From IMG/VR virus record IMGVR_UViG_3300035180_001778, positions 248,001 to 312,000 of that record: DNA of 64,000 nt. One strand, 5' to 3'. Positions 37,355 to 48,046 of the stretch are shown piece by piece. Made by a program: the position numbers and the translations under genes. Every line of letters starts with the position of its first letter. The stretch's first letter is position 1. The notes beneath the pieces are model-generated. The model ran no database searches and was not told the origin of the DNA. It saw only the letters and a program-made list of their open reading frames with translations.

Positions 37355-37714
37355 CTACAGGGTCAAGGAGCGCAGGATCAACCCCAACCCGTGGGACGCG
37401 CCAACAGCCCGCTCGAACGTGGACTTGATCACGCGGTAGAGATCGGCCGGGGCCCACCCCTTCCGGGCCGTACCCGTCGCGTGGAACTCCTCCGCCTTCA
37501 TGTGGCAGGACGCACAGAGCGCGATGCCGTTTTCCTTCACGTAGCCCCCATGCGGCATGAGGGTCCTATCCGTGATGTGGTGCGCGTCCCGCTCGTGTTC
37601 CGCGTCCTTCTCGGTCGACACGAAGAGGCACCCGGGCCCATGGCAGCGGTACTTCGCCCGCTTGAACACAGCCTTGCGGAAATCAGCCCGCATCGTCTTC
37701 TTCGTTGTACTCAT
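37355..37714 (-). CDS. HNH endonuclease-like protein
   Basis: DAHHITDR..NGIALCASCH. Confidence 0.75.
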   Translation of the reverse strand: MSTTKKTMRADFRKAVFKRAKYRCHGPGCLFVSTEKDAEHERDAHHITDRTLMPHGGYVKENGIALCASCHMKAEEFHATGTARKGWAPADLYRVIKSTFERAVGASHGLGLILRSLTL

Positions 37715-38237
37715 CGTTGTCTTCCCCCGATCGTCGTAAGCCCCATACCTCGTTTCTTGGAATCGAGTCAGGGCCTCCCGATATAGCTTCATGCGCCACA
37801 ACGACAGAGGGATCTTCCCTTGCCGAAGGAGCGCACCTTTTTCTTTTTGAAGGACAGCCAGGTCTTTGGACGTCGATTTGAAGAGCACCAGACGTGCCTT
37901 CAAGGACATCCATTCACCCGCGCTCAAGTCATCGACACGTTGGAGGAAGTACCTCGTCTCCTGTCGCATGAACTCCGAGATATTTCCCGCTTCACGGAAC
38001 CCGTGCCTTCCGCGTCCCCGCAGAGGCGAGAGGGTAGCCCACATCGAGGGCAAAATCCAAGGGCCGACAGCTCAACCCGCGCAGGTTCCGGGAGGTATCC
38101 CCACTCTTTGGGAGTCTCTCGTACCGCCCGTAGCCGGGGTCGGAGAACCTCCCAGTAGGATTCCAGCTCGTCCGAGTCGTTCATCCCTCCGTAGTACACC
38201 GACTTGGGGGACGACTGAATCCCTGGAGCCTCTACAG

Positions 38238-39327
38238 TCAGAGGGCTCCAGGGATCAACCAGCGGGAATCATTTCCAGGTGAAAGGGACCTCGCCTTCTT
38301 TGGGGAGGGGGGACGGCTCCAGTCGGCGATGAGCTTCGTGAGGGTCTCGATGTCCTTCTTGAGGCTCCGGAGCGTGCTCTTCGTCTGGGAAATCTCGCTG
38401 TCCAGGCGCATCTTCCAGCCCGCCGAAGCAGACGTCATGGGTTCACGGTTCGTCATGCGAGAAGAGAGCGTCGTGATTTCGCCCGCTTCGAGCTTGCGCA
38501 GGTACTCCGTCTCGGACACAACGCGCTCTTCCAGGAAGACTTTGAGGGCCTTCGTGCCCTCGCAGCTCAGCTCGAAGGGCGGGTACTTCAGGCCGAAGCA
38601 CTGGCCGACCACGTAGCCCCAACCGGGGCGCTGGTAGCCGTGAAGCATCATCTGGGGCACCGTCTTGCCCGCGAGAAGCCGAAGCTTGTGGTTCGCGAAG
38701 CAGCACGAGCATGTGCCCGTGTTATCGCGCGTTCGGGGCTTCTTGTCCGCCTTCTCTTCGTCCGGGGTCTTCGTCCGGGGTCTTCATCCCGAGGGCGTCA
38801 CTGACCTGCTTGATGAGGTCCGTGTTGGCGACGAGCCAGGGCATGACCTCGTAGATCCGGAGGTACTTGAGGGCGAAGACACCGTTGTTGCCGTAGCGGC
38901 TCTGCAACAGCTCGAACACTTTGCCGTTGGGCGCCGTGAAGCGGTAGGCTTCCGCCGCCTGCCACACTTTGTATTCCGTCCCGAAGAGCGGGGTCGTCGA
39001 GAAACCCGGCGTCCACGAGCGGAAGTCCTCGACTTCCATGAAGTACTTGGTGCCAGCCACCGGCTCCGCGGGAAGCTCCGAGAGTTCTTCCCTCTTGAGG
39101 GTCTCGTACATCGAGCGAGCGACGCTCTCATCGCGTTCGCCGAGGATTTCCTTGGCCTCGGGCGAGCTGAGGTGGCCGTACATCTTGATCAGGCCGACGA
39201 ACTTCTCGGCCTTCCAGCCACCCAGGAACTCCAGGGCGCTGATGAGCTGCTTGATCGAGACCGAAGCAGTCGCACCCTTGCGGATTTTCTCCAGGAGGGC
39301 GGTCATCTTGGGGGTTAGCGTTTTCAT
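38238..39327 (-). pseudogene. single hypothetical gene broken by a 13-bp tandem duplication (38755-38780)
   Basis: Removing one tcttcgtccgggg unit joins KTPDE to EKADKKPRTRDNTGTCSCC..LHGYQRPG. Confidence 0.65.
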
Positions 39328-39369
39328 GAGGGTCCTACAGATGTCGCCCGGTCCCGATCAACCTGATTC

Positions 39370-39870
39370 TCAGATGTTGACCTTGTAGATGGCCAGAGCT
39401 TCAGCCAGCGGGAGAAGATTGAGGATCTTCAGCGCCTTGAGGGTCTGCGCGAGGGTGGGGTAGGCGAGCATATCTTTCAGCTCCTCGGCCTTGTAGGTCT
39501 TGGTCTGGAAGATGCCCGCCTTGCCTTCCTTGGTGAAGAGGATGCGCTTGCTCGGGGCCTTCTTGAAGTCCCGCTCCACGATGCTCTCCGTCACGAGGGA
39601 GCCCACGAAAGTCTCACCCGTCGGCTGGAAGGTGAAGAAGCCCCCGGGTTCTGACCCGTCCTTGATGTTGGAGACGAGCTTGGGGAGGGTCGCCGCGTGG
39701 GCATTGAGCTGCTCACGGCACTCCCGGGGCTCGATGTGCGTGGCCCCGCCGTGCCCGTCGTTGTGGGCCGTGCCGAGCTTCTTGCCGTCGAGGTAGATGG
39801 CCCCCTCGAAGCAAGTGGTCTCTTTCGAGGCGAACGCGGAAACCTTCAGATTGCGGATCTCGAACTTCAT
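39370..39870 (-). CDS. hypothetical protein
   Basis: ETTCFEG..NDGHGG motif. Confidence 0.65.
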   Translation of the reverse strand: MKFEIRNLKVSAFASKETTCFEGAIYLDGKKLGTAHNDGHGGATHIEPRECREQLNAHAATLPKLVSNIKDGSEPGGFFTFQPTGETFVGSLVTESIVERDFKKAPSKRILFTKEGKAGIFQTKTYKAEELKDMLAYPTLAQTLKALKILNLLPLAEALAIYKVNI

Positions 39871-40020
39871 GGGGGGTCCTTGGTTTTCGTGATTTCCAGA
39901 TCAACCGAGAACGTCGTCAGACTTCTCGGACGTCGGAATCGCCTTGAGAGCAATGTCCGCCCCAAAGAGGGCCGACACCAAAAGGACGGTCAGAACAATG
40001 GGAAGGGTGAACATGGCGGT

Positions 40021-40100
40021 CCTACAAATTGGAGACCCGAGCGATCAACCGAACACAACCAACAAAATCTGGTTGATCCAGGGGACCCCCAAAATGTAGA
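40021..40100. promoter_or_regulatory. divergent pair of GTTGATC-N16-TGTA promoters (example of more than 20 copies)
   Basis: Minus copy 40023-40049, plus copy 40072-40098. Confidence 0.75.
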
Positions 40101-40108
40101 TGACCCCC

Positions 40109-40993
40109 ATGATGAAGACCAGCACGATTGACCCCCGCGTCGAAGAGGCTCAGAAGGTTCTCCAGGACGGAATCGCCGCGCTAGTCGCTGGTGCCGACTG
40201 GAAGAAGTACCTGGAATTTCAAGCGAAATTCCACAACTACTCGCTCTGCAACACCTTCTGGCTGATGGCTCAGGCCATGCGCCGAGGGATCGAGATCAGC
40301 CAGTTCGCCGGGTTCAACACTTGGCGTGACGCGAAGCGCCAGGTCCGCAAGGGCGAGAAGGCGTTCCAGGTGCTCGCCCCCCTTCGCTACAAGCGCGAGG
40401 TCGTGAAGGACGGCACCAAGGAAAACGTATTCGGAATCCGTGGGTTCCGCGTCGCATCAACCTTCGACATCTCGCAGACGGACGGCCCGGCCCTCCCCGA
40501 GATCGTGTCGCAGCTCCAGGGAACGAGCGAGGAGATCGAGGCGGTCTACGCCTCTCTCGTCAAGTTCTCCACGGAGATCAACAAGGTGCCCGTCCGTCGG
40601 GAAGTGCTCCCGGCCGGCACCAACGGGTACTACAGCCGCGAGGGCTTCATCGTGGTGTCGAGCACCATCAGTGGGCTCCAGGCGCTCAAGACGCTGGCTC
40701 ACGAGATCGCCCACTCGATCCTGCACGAGAAGCTGGCCGACTGCCATGACCAGGTGTACCGCGAAGTCGAGGCCGAATCCACGGCCTTCGTGGTGCTCCA
40801 CTCCCTCGGGTTCAGCGCGGAGTCCTACTCCTTCGGGTACGTGGCCGGCTGGTCCAAGGGTGACGCCAAGATCGTCAAGGAGGTCGCCGAGCGTGTCCAG
40901 CGGGCTGCGAAGACCATCCTCGGCTCCCTCGTGAAGCCGAAGACCTGGCAAGAGCACCTCGACGACGACATCCTCGAAGACAAGGCGGCGTGA
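40109..40993 (+). CDS. ArdC-like ssDNA-binding domain plus zincin metallopeptidase
   Basis: FHNYSLCN, GFNTW, RQVRKGEKA, FDISQT, HEIAH, EVEAES. Confidence 0.85.
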   Translation: MMKTSTIDPRVEEAQKVLQDGIAALVAGADWKKYLEFQAKFHNYSLCNTFWLMAQAMRRGIEISQFAGFNTWRDAKRQVRKGEKAFQVLAPLRYKREVVKDGTKENVFGIRGFRVASTFDISQTDGPALPEIVSQLQGTSEEIEAVYASLVKFSTEINKVPVRREVLPAGTNGYYSREGFIVVSSTISGLQALKTLAHEIAHSILHEKLADCHDQVYREVEAESTAFVVLHSLGFSAESYSFGYVAGWSKGDAKIVKEVAERVQRAAKTILGSLVKPKTWQEHLDDDILEDKAA

Positions 40994-41070
40994 AAGAAGG
41001 GAGTCTGAGAAATCAGGCTCCCTTCTTCATTTCCGGTTGATCGACAGCTACCCCAGTCTGTAGTCTCCTT

Positions 41071-41222
41071 GCTGAGACGGCGGAGGTAGCTGGAACGCCC
41101 TGGAGCCTGCGACTTTCCTCGGAAGACTTTGGAGTTGCCCGCGTCGGTGACGAGATTGTCTGACCTCGGAGGGGGACAGAGGACAGGCCAGCTACGAGGG
41201 TTCGATTCCCTCTCTCAGTGCC
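41071..41222 (+). ncRNA. tRNA-like RNA with about 85-nt structured insert replacing the anticodon loop
   Basis: Acceptor GCTGAGA/TCTCAGT, T arm GAGGG-TTCGATT-CCCTC, own promoter 41036-41063. Confidence 0.65.
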
Positions 41223-41306
41223 TTTTTCGGGATGCCTCGATCACCAACCCCTCGGTGAAGCCATCCTTCTGATTCTGATTCCCACCCATGCCACTCGGAG
41301 ATCGAT

Positions 41307-41519
41307 ATGGACCAGCCTTGTACGATTATCATCCCCTGGGAGCCCGACGTCTGCATCCGCACCGTCTGGCATCCCAAGGCACCCACGGGCACCTTCAGCA
41401 CCCTCAGCCGAGGGCACTTCGACACCAAGGCGGAAGCCCAGACTTGGGCGGATAGGCACCTCGGCCCCAAGGCGACCTACACGATCGTGAACATCGCCGA
41501 CCTGCCCGGAACTCGCTGA
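41307..41519 (+). CDS. hypothetical protein
   Basis: GGAG RBS, ORF. Confidence 0.55.
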   Translation: MDQPCTIIIPWEPDVCIRTVWHPKAPTGTFSTLSRGHFDTKAEAQTWADRHLGPKATYTIVNIADLPGTR

Positions 41520-41772
41520 GGATGCCGTGAGCAAAGCGAACGGCGGTACGAAGAAGAGACGGTGGGCGAACATGAAGCACGCCCACGAGATGCGTTGGGC
41601 ATGTCCAGGGTGTGGGGGGAGCGTACACACTCCCCGCCAGCCCGTGTATGGCCCCTACTCCAGGAAGCTTGTGGAAGCTGAAATCCCATACCTTCCCTGG
41701 GGAAGCCCCTGCGCTGCTTGTATTCGAGCGTGGGGTGGACGACACCGCCGCCGCCGCCGCCCCACGCGCTGA

Positions 41773-42396
41773 TCACTTCTCGAACTGACGCCAAGCCTGG
41801 CTGGCAACAGCCCCCTTGGCGTTTTCGTTCGTGTAGTGTCCGACCTTGTCGTAGGTCTTCCCGACGTGCCCCGAGATCGTGTGGAACCGGATCTGACAGA
41901 TCCTCATGCCCGGGTAGACCTGGACCGGATGCACGCAGGTGACCTCCAGGGTGTATTGGCCGTTGAAGCCAGGATCCCCGTAGCCCGCCGTCTCGTGGAC
42001 CTTGATGAAGAGGCGTCCAATCGAGGACTTCCCGTCGAGGACCGGAACGAAGTTGTTGGTATGCACCCGCTCCCGGGTGTGCATCAGATAGCCGATACCC
42101 GGCTTGAGGACCCAGCCCGCGATAGGGTCCATCTTGTACTTCGCGACCTCTTGAGGTGTCTTCGCGTCGAGAATCCCGGTTCTCCCTCCGTAGATGAAGC
42201 ATCGCCCATCCTCAGTGGAATACGGCGACACTTCATTGTGGTAGACCACCGACGTGTAGACGGCGACTTCGTCCCCCAGGGTGAGGTCATAGCTCGCCGG
42301 GTTGAGCTGGTCCTTGTTGTAGGGGTCGATCTGAATACCCCCCTCCTCGACTTCCCCGCTGATTGCGTCCCCGGATAGAATCCCTGAGTTCATCAT
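41773..42396 (-). CDS. dcd: dCTP deaminase
   Basis: QLNPASYDLTLG, GKSSIGRL, DPGFNGQYTLE, YPGMRICQ. Confidence 0.95.
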   Translation of the reverse strand: MMNSGILSGDAISGEVEEGGIQIDPYNKDQLNPASYDLTLGDEVAVYTSVVYHNEVSPYSTEDGRCFIYGGRTGILDAKTPQEVAKYKMDPIAGWVLKPGIGYLMHTRERVHTNNFVPVLDGKSSIGRLFIKVHETAGYGDPGFNGQYTLEVTCVHPVQVYPGMRICQIRFHTISGHVGKTYDKVGHYTNENAKGAVASQAWRQFEK

Positions 42397-42417
42397 CCGG
42401 GGCCACTACACCAGAAA

Positions 42418-42903
42418 CTACCAGGTGAGCACGATGCTGTAGTCTCTGCCCTGGTAGTCTTGGGCGTTCCTGGCGATCTTCACAGAGAGCCCGGACTCCT
42501 TGAGTTTGTCGAAGACCGCCCGGCCGATACCCGTGAGAGTGGTGGGATCCAGCATGGTCCAAGGGGAACCCGAGACCTTGGTTGGCCACGCCTTGAAGTC
42601 GTCCCCGTAGACGAGGTGCATGACCAGGGATTGCTTCTCTCCCTTCGCAGCCTTCTTCCGTGCGGTCTCGGCGGACTTGGCGATGATCGTGTCGACACGC
42701 TTGAGTGCCGCAGCCCGCTTCTTGTCAGCCTGTGCCTGCTCTTTGAGCTTCTGCGCCACGGCCGCCGCTTGGGTCAGGGCTTGAAGCTCCTGAGTCGTGA
42801 GGGGGACTCTACCCGTTTGCTGGGGCGTAGTCGTGGCTTTGGGGGCCGGCTTCTGAGGCTTGTCCCAAAATTCCTCCAGGGGGTCATCGTCCAGATTGGG
42901 CAT
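42418..42903 (-). CDS. hypothetical protein
   Basis: GGTGTA element 10 nt upstream. Confidence 0.6.
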   Translation of the reverse strand: MPNLDDDPLEEFWDKPQKPAPKATTTPQQTGRVPLTTQELQALTQAAAVAQKLKEQAQADKKRAAALKRVDTIIAKSAETARKKAAKGEKQSLVMHLVYGDDFKAWPTKVSGSPWTMLDPTTLTGIGRAVFDKLKESGLSVKIARNAQDYQGRDYSIVLTW

Positions 42904-42923
42904 GACCCCCTAATACACCGGAA

Positions 42924-43244
42924 TCAGCCTCGTTGCCCCGCGAATCCGCTGATCTGCTCGTGTCCCGAGCCGCCGTGGCACTTGCTCGAACCCGGGCCGA
43001 AGTAGCGGTCGTTCGAGCTGGTCCGGACACCGCGAACCTTCCGCGGGGGCAAGCGCTCGATCATGTTGAGCCCGAGCTTCTTGAGGCCCTGGATCACAGG
43101 GGTCGCGATCGAGTAACCCAGCTCGAAGGCCAAAGCCTCCGCCTCCGCGAAGCGGAAACTGGTACGGTCGTCTTCGAGCAGCTCATCGCAGAACGTGCCA
43201 AGCGCAGCGGAAACAACCTCGGCTTTGGGGGCAACGTCATTCAT
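42924..43244 (-). CDS. hypothetical protein
   Basis: Promoter motif 43253-43279. Confidence 0.55.
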   Translation of the reverse strand: MNDVAPKAEVVSAALGTFCDELLEDDRTSFRFAEAEALAFELGYSIATPVIQGLKKLGLNMIERLPPRKVRGVRTSSNDRYFGPGSSKCHGGSGHEQISGFAGQRG

Positions 43245-43326
43245 GCCCGAGGTACAAGACCCCAAGGGTCAGGATCAACCTGATTTTTCTTGTTGATCCT
43301 GACCCTTCATTCTCTGTAGGACCCCC

Positions 43327-43899
43327 ATGGACAGCATCGACCACAGCGAAGAAGGTTTCAACGTCGGCACCACGTTCGCGAACGATACGTACCGGATTCA
43401 CCGTTTCTACGGGTCCATCAAGATCACGCACCTCGTCAACGCCGGGAAGCGTGGCAAGAAGTGCCTCGAAATCTCGGTCTCGGGTCGTCGTGACGAGGTG
43501 GGTATGGAGTCGCTCGCGCTGGAGTTCAAGCTCCACGCGCTCCGAAACTGCCCGCTGGAGCGCATGCTCCAGGCTGTCCAGGAGGCCGTGGAAATCGGCT
43601 GCCAGACGTACCAAGAGGAGCTGCGCGGCATCGACGTGATCCCCGGCAACCTCAAGAGCTTCGAGATCATCGGCGAGCACGTCTACATGAAAGCCAACGG
43701 TCTGGACTTCCTGGTTCGTAACCGGGACGACCAGAACAACGACCCGACCTCGATCCCCACCAACAAGAAGGCGGCCCCGCTTTTCTATGCCTGGGTCGTC
43801 AAGAACGAGGCGGCGATCCCCACGATGTCCTACCATGACGTACTGAAGGCGATGGACGCCCTCACTGTCGGATATCGTTCTTACTGCGCCGTGTATTGA
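43327..43899 (+). CDS. hypothetical protein
   Basis: Promoter motif 43292-43319. Confidence 0.65.
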   Translation: MDSIDHSEEGFNVGTTFANDTYRIHRFYGSIKITHLVNAGKRGKKCLEISVSGRRDEVGMESLALEFKLHALRNCPLERMLQAVQEAVEIGCQTYQEELRGIDVIPGNLKSFEIIGEHVYMKANGLDFLVRNRDDQNNDPTSIPTNKKAAPLFYAWVVKNEAAIPTMSYHDVLKAMDALTVGYRSYCAVY

Positions 43900-43900
43900 G

Positions 43901-44188
43901 ATGTACTCCTACAACCGCACATCCTCCGACACCGGACGCGTCTCGAAGGCTCTCTCAGAAGTCCTTCGAGCGCTTCCGCAATTTCACGACATGGCGACCA
44001 AGCTCCGCCAAGACGCCAAGACCTACCTGGACGCGGCGGAAAGCTTCTCCTCGCACGACCAAGAGGCCATGAAAGGCCTCGCTGATGAGGTCGTCATCGG
44101 CCGGGTTGGCGAGATGGTGAAGCACCTCGCGGCTCTCGAAAAAGAGCTGGAAGTTCTCCAGCGGATCAATCCGCACGAAGATCGCTGA
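43901..44188 (+). CDS. hypothetical helical protein
   Basis: ORF starting MYSYNR. Confidence 0.55.
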   Translation: MYSYNRTSSDTGRVSKALSEVLRALPQFHDMATKLRQDAKTYLDAAESFSSHDQEAMKGLADEVVIGRVGEMVKHLAALEKELEVLQRINPHEDR

Positions 44189-44230
44189 TCTGGTTGATCG
44201 GGGGCCGACCCCCCGTGTATTACCCTCACT

Positions 44231-44383
44231 ATGAAGGCTCCCAAGAATCGCACCCAGAAGGGTGCCCGGTCGCTCATCGTCCTCGGCATGATCCTCACCC
44301 GCAAGGGCGGCACGATGAAGCACAAGAACGCCCCCCGGGGCGGTGCCAAGAACAAGCAGGCCAAGTACCTGTCGGAGGCGTGA
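44231..44383 (+). CDS. small basic protein (not in ORF track)
   Basis: MKAPKNRTQKG...KYLSEA after promoter 44193-44220. Confidence 0.5.
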   Translation: MKAPKNRTQKGARSLIVLGMILTRKGGTMKHKNAPRGGAKNKQAKYLSEA

Positions 44384-44602
44384 AGAAAATGGCAACGGAA
44401 CACACGAACATTCTAGGCGGCTCGCGGGTTCTCCCCGTCAAAATCGCGACGGTGCTGAAGGCTCTGCTCCCATCCGAGCTTCAGCAGTTGAAAGACTACG
44501 TCGACTTCGTGGCCCAAGAGGCACACGAAGAAGGCTACGAAGAGGGAGTCAAGGCTGCCGAAGATCGGTCTTCGCGACCCTTGGTTGGCGAAGGGGACTG
44601 AC

Positions 44603-45373
44603 ATGAAACGAACCCTGGTAATCGGAGACGTCCACGGGTGTCTCCACGAGCTGCAAGACCTCCTCCTCAAATTGGGGTACACCCAAGGGGAGGATCGTCT
44701 CGTTTTCCTCGGCGACTTGATCGACAAGGGGCCGGATCCCGTTGGCGTGGTCAAGCTCGCTCGCCTGCTCAAGGCGGAGTGTATCCTCGGCAACCACGAG
44801 GAGTCAGCACTCCGGTGGCGTCGTCATGAGGCTCGCTGCCTCAAGGACCCGAAGTACAAGAACCCGATGAGAGAAATCTCGGATGAACTGCGAGAGCAGT
44901 GGTCCGGCCTCTCAGAGGAAGATGACGCCTGGCTGCGAAGTCTGCCGCTCACCCTGGATCTCGGGAACGATATCGTCGCGGTTCACGCGGGCTTTCTTCC
45001 TGGTCTGTCGATCGTCGAGCAGCCGGCAGACAAGATCCTGCGTCTTCGCTGGGTCGATGCCGCCGGGAAGATGGTCCCGCTCCAGGAAGACACCATGGCG
45101 GCTCCCGAAGGAGCCCGCGAATGGATGGGCGCCTGGGATGGGAACCACCACGTCATCTATGGGCACGCAGTACACAGCCTGGAGGTGCCGAAGCTCGTCA
45201 CAACCGCACATGGGTACGAGACGATCGGAATCGATACGGGCTGTGTTTTTGGGGGGCACCTGACCGCTGCGGTTGTCGACAAACCCAAAGGGGAATCGGC
45301 GCGAATCACCCTCGTCCAGGTGAAAGCCCGGCGAGCGTACCGTGAAGTCCCCCCCGGGACCTTCAACCCGTAG
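44603..45373 (+). CDS. metallophosphoesterase (ApaH/PrpE-like)
   Basis: GDVHG, GDLIDKG, GNHE, HAG, GH, IDTGCVFGG. Confidence 0.92.
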   Translation: MKRTLVIGDVHGCLHELQDLLLKLGYTQGEDRLVFLGDLIDKGPDPVGVVKLARLLKAECILGNHEESALRWRRHEARCLKDPKYKNPMREISDELREQWSGLSEEDDAWLRSLPLTLDLGNDIVAVHAGFLPGLSIVEQPADKILRLRWVDAAGKMVPLQEDTMAAPEGAREWMGAWDGNHHVIYGHAVHSLEVPKLVTTAHGYETIGIDTGCVFGGHLTAAVVDKPKGESARITLVQVKARRAYREVPPGTFNP

Positions 45374-45575
45374 CAGCCAACTTCCGAGGCTGGAACTGGA
45401 CTTGAGGCTGAGGCTTGGGTTCCGGAGGTGTTGAAGACCTCCGGATGACCTCCGTGTAGAGGGCCTCCGTCAGCATCTTGGTTGCAGCGGTCGTTGCAGC
45501 CAAAGCCTCCATCGAGTCTTGTTCTTCACGGCTAATGCACATGGGTTTACTCACAGTCTCGCCTGTTGTAAGGGT

Positions 45576-46103
45576 TTACGGACGCGGCGGAAGTCGAGGC
45601 TGAGGGATATCCAGGGCAGCCATCACGCCCCGGAGCATTGCGTTGACGGCAATGATCTCCTCTCGGAGCCGGATGATTTCCTTGGCGCGCTCTTTCATGT
45701 CCGTATCGTAGTCCGCACGAGACACGTAGTCATCGTCGAGGCCATCCTCAACGCGCTTCGTCCTCTCGGCCACGGTCCGGATCTTGTTCTCCAGCTCCTC
45801 GACGACTTCGAGGTTCAAGCCAGATTGCGTACGGCTCCGAGTCAGGAGCTTGGAGACCCACGTCGGAGGGGCATCCTCGAAGGCGTCAAAGTCCTTCCGG
45901 AGACGTCGGACCAGCTCTTCCACCGTGTAGAGGGCAAGAGACATCCCCGTCCGAGGGTCGGTTTCAACCCCAAGACGTTTCTCCATGTCCGAGACCCTCT
46001 TCTTGAGGTCCGCCTGAGTCCCAAAAAACGTCGTGCCCGCGGCCGTGCCTCCAGCCAACAGGCCGGTCACAATGCTTTTGACGAGTTCTACCGTGTCCGA
46101 CAT
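45576..46103 (-). CDS. coiled-coil protein with N-terminal hydrophobic segment
   Basis: ORF. Confidence 0.55.
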   Translation of the reverse strand: MSDTVELVKSIVTGLLAGGTAAGTTFFGTQADLKKRVSDMEKRLGVETDPRTGMSLALYTVEELVRRLRKDFDAFEDAPPTWVSKLLTRSRTQSGLNLEVVEELENKIRTVAERTKRVEDGLDDDYVSRADYDTDMKERAKEIIRLREEIIAVNAMLRGVMAALDIPQPRLPPRP

Positions 46104-46108
46104 AGCCG

Positions 46109-46645
46109 TTACCCACCCGGTTGGAAGCAGCGGAGACATCGAGGCTCGTACGCCTCAGCACCACCGACGAGGACCGTTGCCTCACTCTGGATGAGGCGAT
46201 AAGAGCGACATGCGGAATTTCCGCAGACCGCACAGCGGGATCGCAACTTTCGAACCTCATCCGCGTGAGCCATGAATGTAGGGAGATGTCCGAAAGGCAC
46301 CCCCTTCCAGGTCAGGTCGAGCCCTGCAAGGACTACGGAAACCCCTGATAGGATCACATTCAGGACAGCCGGGACTGCTTCGGCAGAGAGAAACTGGGCT
46401 TCGTCGATAGCTATGATGTCGGCACTTGTGGGTAGAGGGAAGGCATCAGGGGAGAGCCAATTCGCGTGGCACCGGATCCCCTCGTGCGAAATCACCTCGG
46501 CCTCAGCATGCCGGGTATCTGTGATCGGCTTGTAGACTTCGACGCTCTTGCCCAGTTTTTCCATCTGGTGAACCACAGCAAGAAGCGCCGTGGTCTTCCC
46601 AGCGAACATGGGGCCCGCGATTACAGTAAGTCGGCCGATTCTCAT
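46109..46645 (-). CDS. tdk: thymidine kinase
   Basis: GPMFAGKTT, IDEAQF, AGLD, CAVC, YEPRCLRC. Confidence 0.95.
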   Translation of the reverse strand: MRIGRLTVIAGPMFAGKTTALLAVVHQMEKLGKSVEVYKPITDTRHAEAEVISHEGIRCHANWLSPDAFPLPTSADIIAIDEAQFLSAEAVPAVLNVILSGVSVVLAGLDLTWKGVPFGHLPTFMAHADEVRKLRSRCAVCGNSACRSYRLIQSEATVLVGGAEAYEPRCLRCFQPGG

Positions 46646-46682
46646 CTGCCGAAGACGGGTCACAAAAGGAAACCACGGAAAT

Positions 46683-46895
46683 CTACTCAAGATCGTCGAG
46701 GAGATGCTCCCAGCCGGTCGGTCTCTTGTCCGCCAGCTCTTGGAGCATCCCGATCTGGAATTCTTTCGCTTCTTCCTTCGTGATGTTTCCACTGGCGTAC
46801 TCGTACTCGACGCAGGGACACGAGCGGAACATGATCCGCCCGTTGCAAACGGGGCAGCGGACGGGAGGGCAATTCTTCCGTCCGTCTCGCATCAT
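46683..46895 (-). CDS. small zinc-binding protein with C-terminal tag
   Basis: CPVC..CPC; ends PTGWEHLLDDLE. Confidence 0.55.
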   Translation of the reverse strand: MMRDGRKNCPPVRCPVCNGRIMFRSCPCVEYEYASGNITKEEAKEFQIGMLQELADKRPTGWEHLLDDLE

Positions 46896-48046
46896 AGCTG
46901 CTCCCACACCGTGAGGGCGGGCCGCGGAGCTGCCGCCCACGAAGGGGCCATGGACTCCTCGATGAGCTGCACACAGACCTCTTCCAGGCCCGCACGGTCC
47001 GGTTGCTGCGGGAGGAGGCTGGTCCTCATCAGCTCCGACAGCTCCGCATCCTGAGCCACAGCCCACGACACGAGTTCGTCGTAGGTCCACATCCCAGCTC
47101 GGATCTCCAGAAGCTCAGCAGCATCCGGCTTACGAACGAGTACGCCTTTTCCTGACAGGATTTCACGGCACATCCGGAGAAGCCTGACCAAGTGCATGGC
47201 GTGTTTGGTGTCGTACCCAAACTTCTCTTCCAGAGCGGCCCTTGCCGGGTTCCGGTTCTTCTTCCACTCCTGGTACTGAGACCAGGTCCGATGGGCCGCC
47301 GTGTACCTCCGCTCCTTGTCGAGCAGCTCGATGAAGTTCGTGTCGTACCCGACACTTCGAGCAGCCGCTTGCCAGGTGTTCACTTCGACGTCATCCCAGG
47401 ACCACTTGGTGACCTCCAAGAGACGCTCGGTGAACAGCTCCCGCATGCGGATCCGGGCCGGCTCGTCGAACTCCTCCATGTCCCGCCACCGCCAAGAATC
47501 GAGGACCTTGGTGATGGCAGAGGTTGCCGCTGCGAGCTGGTCGGCGGGGATGACCGTTCGCTCGGGAAGCCCGAACTCGGATCGCAAGGGCTGAGCCTTC
47601 GGGGGATCCTTGAGCCACTTGTAGTGTATGTTGATCCTCTTGAGCTGAGCGGTCGCGTACCCTGAGAACGTGTGTTTGGCCTTCCGCGAGAGGAAGCTGT
47701 CACGCTTCTCCCGGATGCGCTCCCACTCGGGGCTCAGGACCAGGTGATCGCTCGGGTCCGTGTAGAGCAGCTCCAAAACGTTGGGGTTGCAGTCGCACGC
47801 GAGGAGGAAGAACTTCCGGATGTCGAAGATCGTGAAATCCGGCTCGTGTTGCTCCGCTTGCTCGAAACGGTTGTGGGGCTGGAAGCCGAGGTAGTTCACC
47901 TTCGGGGCAATGCAGACCCCACGCAAGTCCAGGTCACTCGTCGGCAAGTTGGTGCCGTAGGCCTGGCTCCCGTGCCGAGTGATGAACAGGGTCCGCTGAG
48001 GAAGCCAGCCGAGGTTGCCCTTGTAGATGTTCCAGTCGAAGCTCAT
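46892..48046 (-). CDS. Pol-beta superfamily nucleotidyltransferase (RlaP/YcgL-like)
   Basis: GSQAYG..SDLDLRG, NPNVLE, YDTKHAMHLVRLL. Confidence 0.88.
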   Translation of the reverse strand: MSFDWNIYKGNLGWLPQRTLFITRHGSQAYGTNLPTSDLDLRGVCIAPKVNYLGFQPHNRFEQAEQHEPDFTIFDIRKFFLLACDCNPNVLELLYTDPSDHLVLSPEWERIREKRDSFLSRKAKHTFSGYATAQLKRINIHYKWLKDPPKAQPLRSEFGLPERTVIPADQLAAATSAITKVLDSWRWRDMEEFDEPARIRMRELFTERLLEVTKWSWDDVEVNTWQAAARSVGYDTNFIELLDKERRYTAAHRTWSQYQEWKKNRNPARAALEEKFGYDTKHAMHLVRLLRMCREILSGKGVLVRKPDAAELLEIRAGMWTYDELVSWAVAQDAELSELMRTSLLPQQPDRAGLEEVCVQLIEESMAPSWAAAPRPALTVWEQL

